NCBI GenBank assembly: GCA_013239625.1
Contig: MU055574.1
Location: forward strand, 8,445,386 to 8,509,385
DNA length: 64,000 nucleotides
From: Lama guanicoe
Taxonomy: Eukaryota
Direction of reading: 5' to 3'
Position numbers and translations under genes: made by a program. Below, piece by piece: positions 63,381 through 64,000 of the stretch; positions within the stretch are counted from its first letter, which is position 1, and each line of letters starts with the position of its first letter. The notes below the pieces were generated by a model that saw nothing but the letters and a program-made list of their open reading frames with translations, searched no databases and was not told the DNA's origin.

Positions 63381-64000
63381 TGCATCACACACACATACAT
63401 ACGGAGGCACAATAACTCGGGCAGAGTCTGAAGTTTATGTACAAAGTAGATGTGGTCTGTTAATAAGTATCAAGGATGATTTTACATACTGGGTAAGCTT
63501 CCTATTAGGAAATATTAATTACCTGTTCCAGAATACAATACATATAACAGAAAGAGTATAAATTATTGATTCACTTCAATAATCTTTCTTTTGGATCATC
63601 ATGGCACAATTCCATTTTCTACCAAGTACTTGTAAAAGAAATTTCTAATTATTTTCTGTCTGCTTCAAAGTTTAGTATGTCACATAGCTGAAAGATTTTT
63701 AAATCCTTAAGCCGTATAGTATGATTAGCTGTGCTTTTAACAGCAATATTACATTTAACTGGCAAAAGCCATTACAAATGGGATTGGCATGAATTGGCCT
63801 TACAGATCTCATAAAGTTACCCAAATGATACGCAGAAGTGGTTCTGGCATCTTCTGACTGCGCTAGATTTTCTTTTGAAAGTTTTAGAATGTGTGGCTGG
63901 GGAAGTGGATCAATTTCAGTTAGACCCATTTGAAGAAGAGGAATTTAAACACACACATCTAATATTCTCTTCACTTTGGCCTTTCACCTGTGGCAGCTGT

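Noticed and set aside
41797-64000. PLAGL1/HYMAI imprinted CpG-island promoter
   Set aside because: No large CpG island is present; the DMR and HYMAI should lie beyond the right edge of the window.

Overview
Mammalian genomic DNA, most likely a camelid, judged from two tRNA-derived Vic-1-type SINEs and artiodactyl-type L1 3' ends. Two protein-coding genes lie tail-to-tail. (1) ZC2HC1B on the + strand can be assembled completely by hand: 7 coding exons from 589 to 32865, all GT-AG and in phase, 666 nt giving 221 aa with two C2HC fingers, plus a probable non-coding last exon from 33322. (2) PLAGL1/ZAC1 on the - strand has two coding exons (41467-41316 and 37517-36278) giving 463 aa with seven C2H2 fingers, plus several short candidate 5'-UTR exons. 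Its main imprinted promoter is not in the window. The rest is intronic: a DNAJA1 retrocopy fragment, nested L1s (one with a twin-priming inversion), MER82, MER44, MER58 and MER5 DNA-transposon relics, L2, MIR and microsatellites. All N-runs fall inside repeats. I found no convincing new biological system. The least explained signals are two old local duplications of apparently unique DNA (1-341 vs 11532-11870; 27367-28285 vs 28997-29230), a uORF-dense PLAGL1 leader with a 65-codon ORF overlapping the start codon, a splice-versus-polyadenylation choice just after the ZC2HC1B stop, paired hairpins in the PLAGL1 3' UTR and two intronic CpG patches. Gene and repeat names come from recognition from memory, not database searches; repeat boundaries are approximate.
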